A stretch of DNA of 64,000 bases from Paraspadella gotoi (taxonomy: Eukaryota > Animalia > Chaetognatha). The stretch is from assembly GCA_051294375.1 (NCBI GenBank), contig CM119267.1, forward strand, positions 6,596,367-6,660,366, read 5' to 3'. The position numbers were made by a program, and so were the translations under genes. The notes under the pieces are model-generated. The model was not told the origin of the DNA, did no database searches, and was given only the letters and a program-made list of their open reading frames with translations. Position 1 is the stretch's first letter, and every line of letters starts with the position of its first letter. This document shows positions 63,671 to 64,000 of this stretch, one piece after another.

Positions 63671-64000
63671 GTGAAAGTCATTCGTTTCCCTCCTTCGACG
63701 TCACAACACGATTTCCATTAATAACCATCGTCGTCGGGAGGTTTTAGAGAATATTCAATAATGGTATTAACAATATTCTAGTAGATATTGTTTTTGATAC
63801 TGCGTCGCCCCAGCGTTTCCGTAACGTAATGTCTAATCAAGTCAGACTTGGATGGGCGCAGCCCGAGTGGAACTCAAATTCTGAATAATTCGTCCTTGTG
63901 AAAGTTGAATGTTAAGACTTAAAAGTAAGCAGACTATACTTGACTATACTTGACTATACTTGACGTTGTATTAATTCAATAATTAAATTTGTATCTGAGA

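Overview
AT-rich draft genome sequence of an invertebrate animal (species not determinable here). It has short spliceosomal introns, six N-gaps and locally noisy long-read sequence. The left ~30 kb is dominated by nested transposable elements: Helentron-associated HINE/DINE-1-like elements, Tc1- and hAT-type non-autonomous elements, a TRIM-like LTR element, tRNA-derived SINEs and inverted Penelope-like repeats carrying minimal hammerhead ribozymes. A multi-exon gene for an unknown secreted protein threads through these repeats. The right ~34 kb is gene-dense. It holds four tightly packed, co-oriented secreted C-type lectin genes (three with variant chitin-binding modules, one with a CCP/Sushi-like domain), a type I membrane protein, a divergent HMG-box gene, a PAQR3-like gene, a large coiled-coil protein with an array of LC8-type TQT motifs, and an ODF3/SHIPPO gene. 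The most notable observation is that the lectin genes are only about 80-200 nt apart and each downstream ATG is preceded by an unpaired splice acceptor, suggesting an operon resolved by trans-splicing or a shared leader exon. All gene models were built by hand from reading frames and splice-site phase; no database searches were run.
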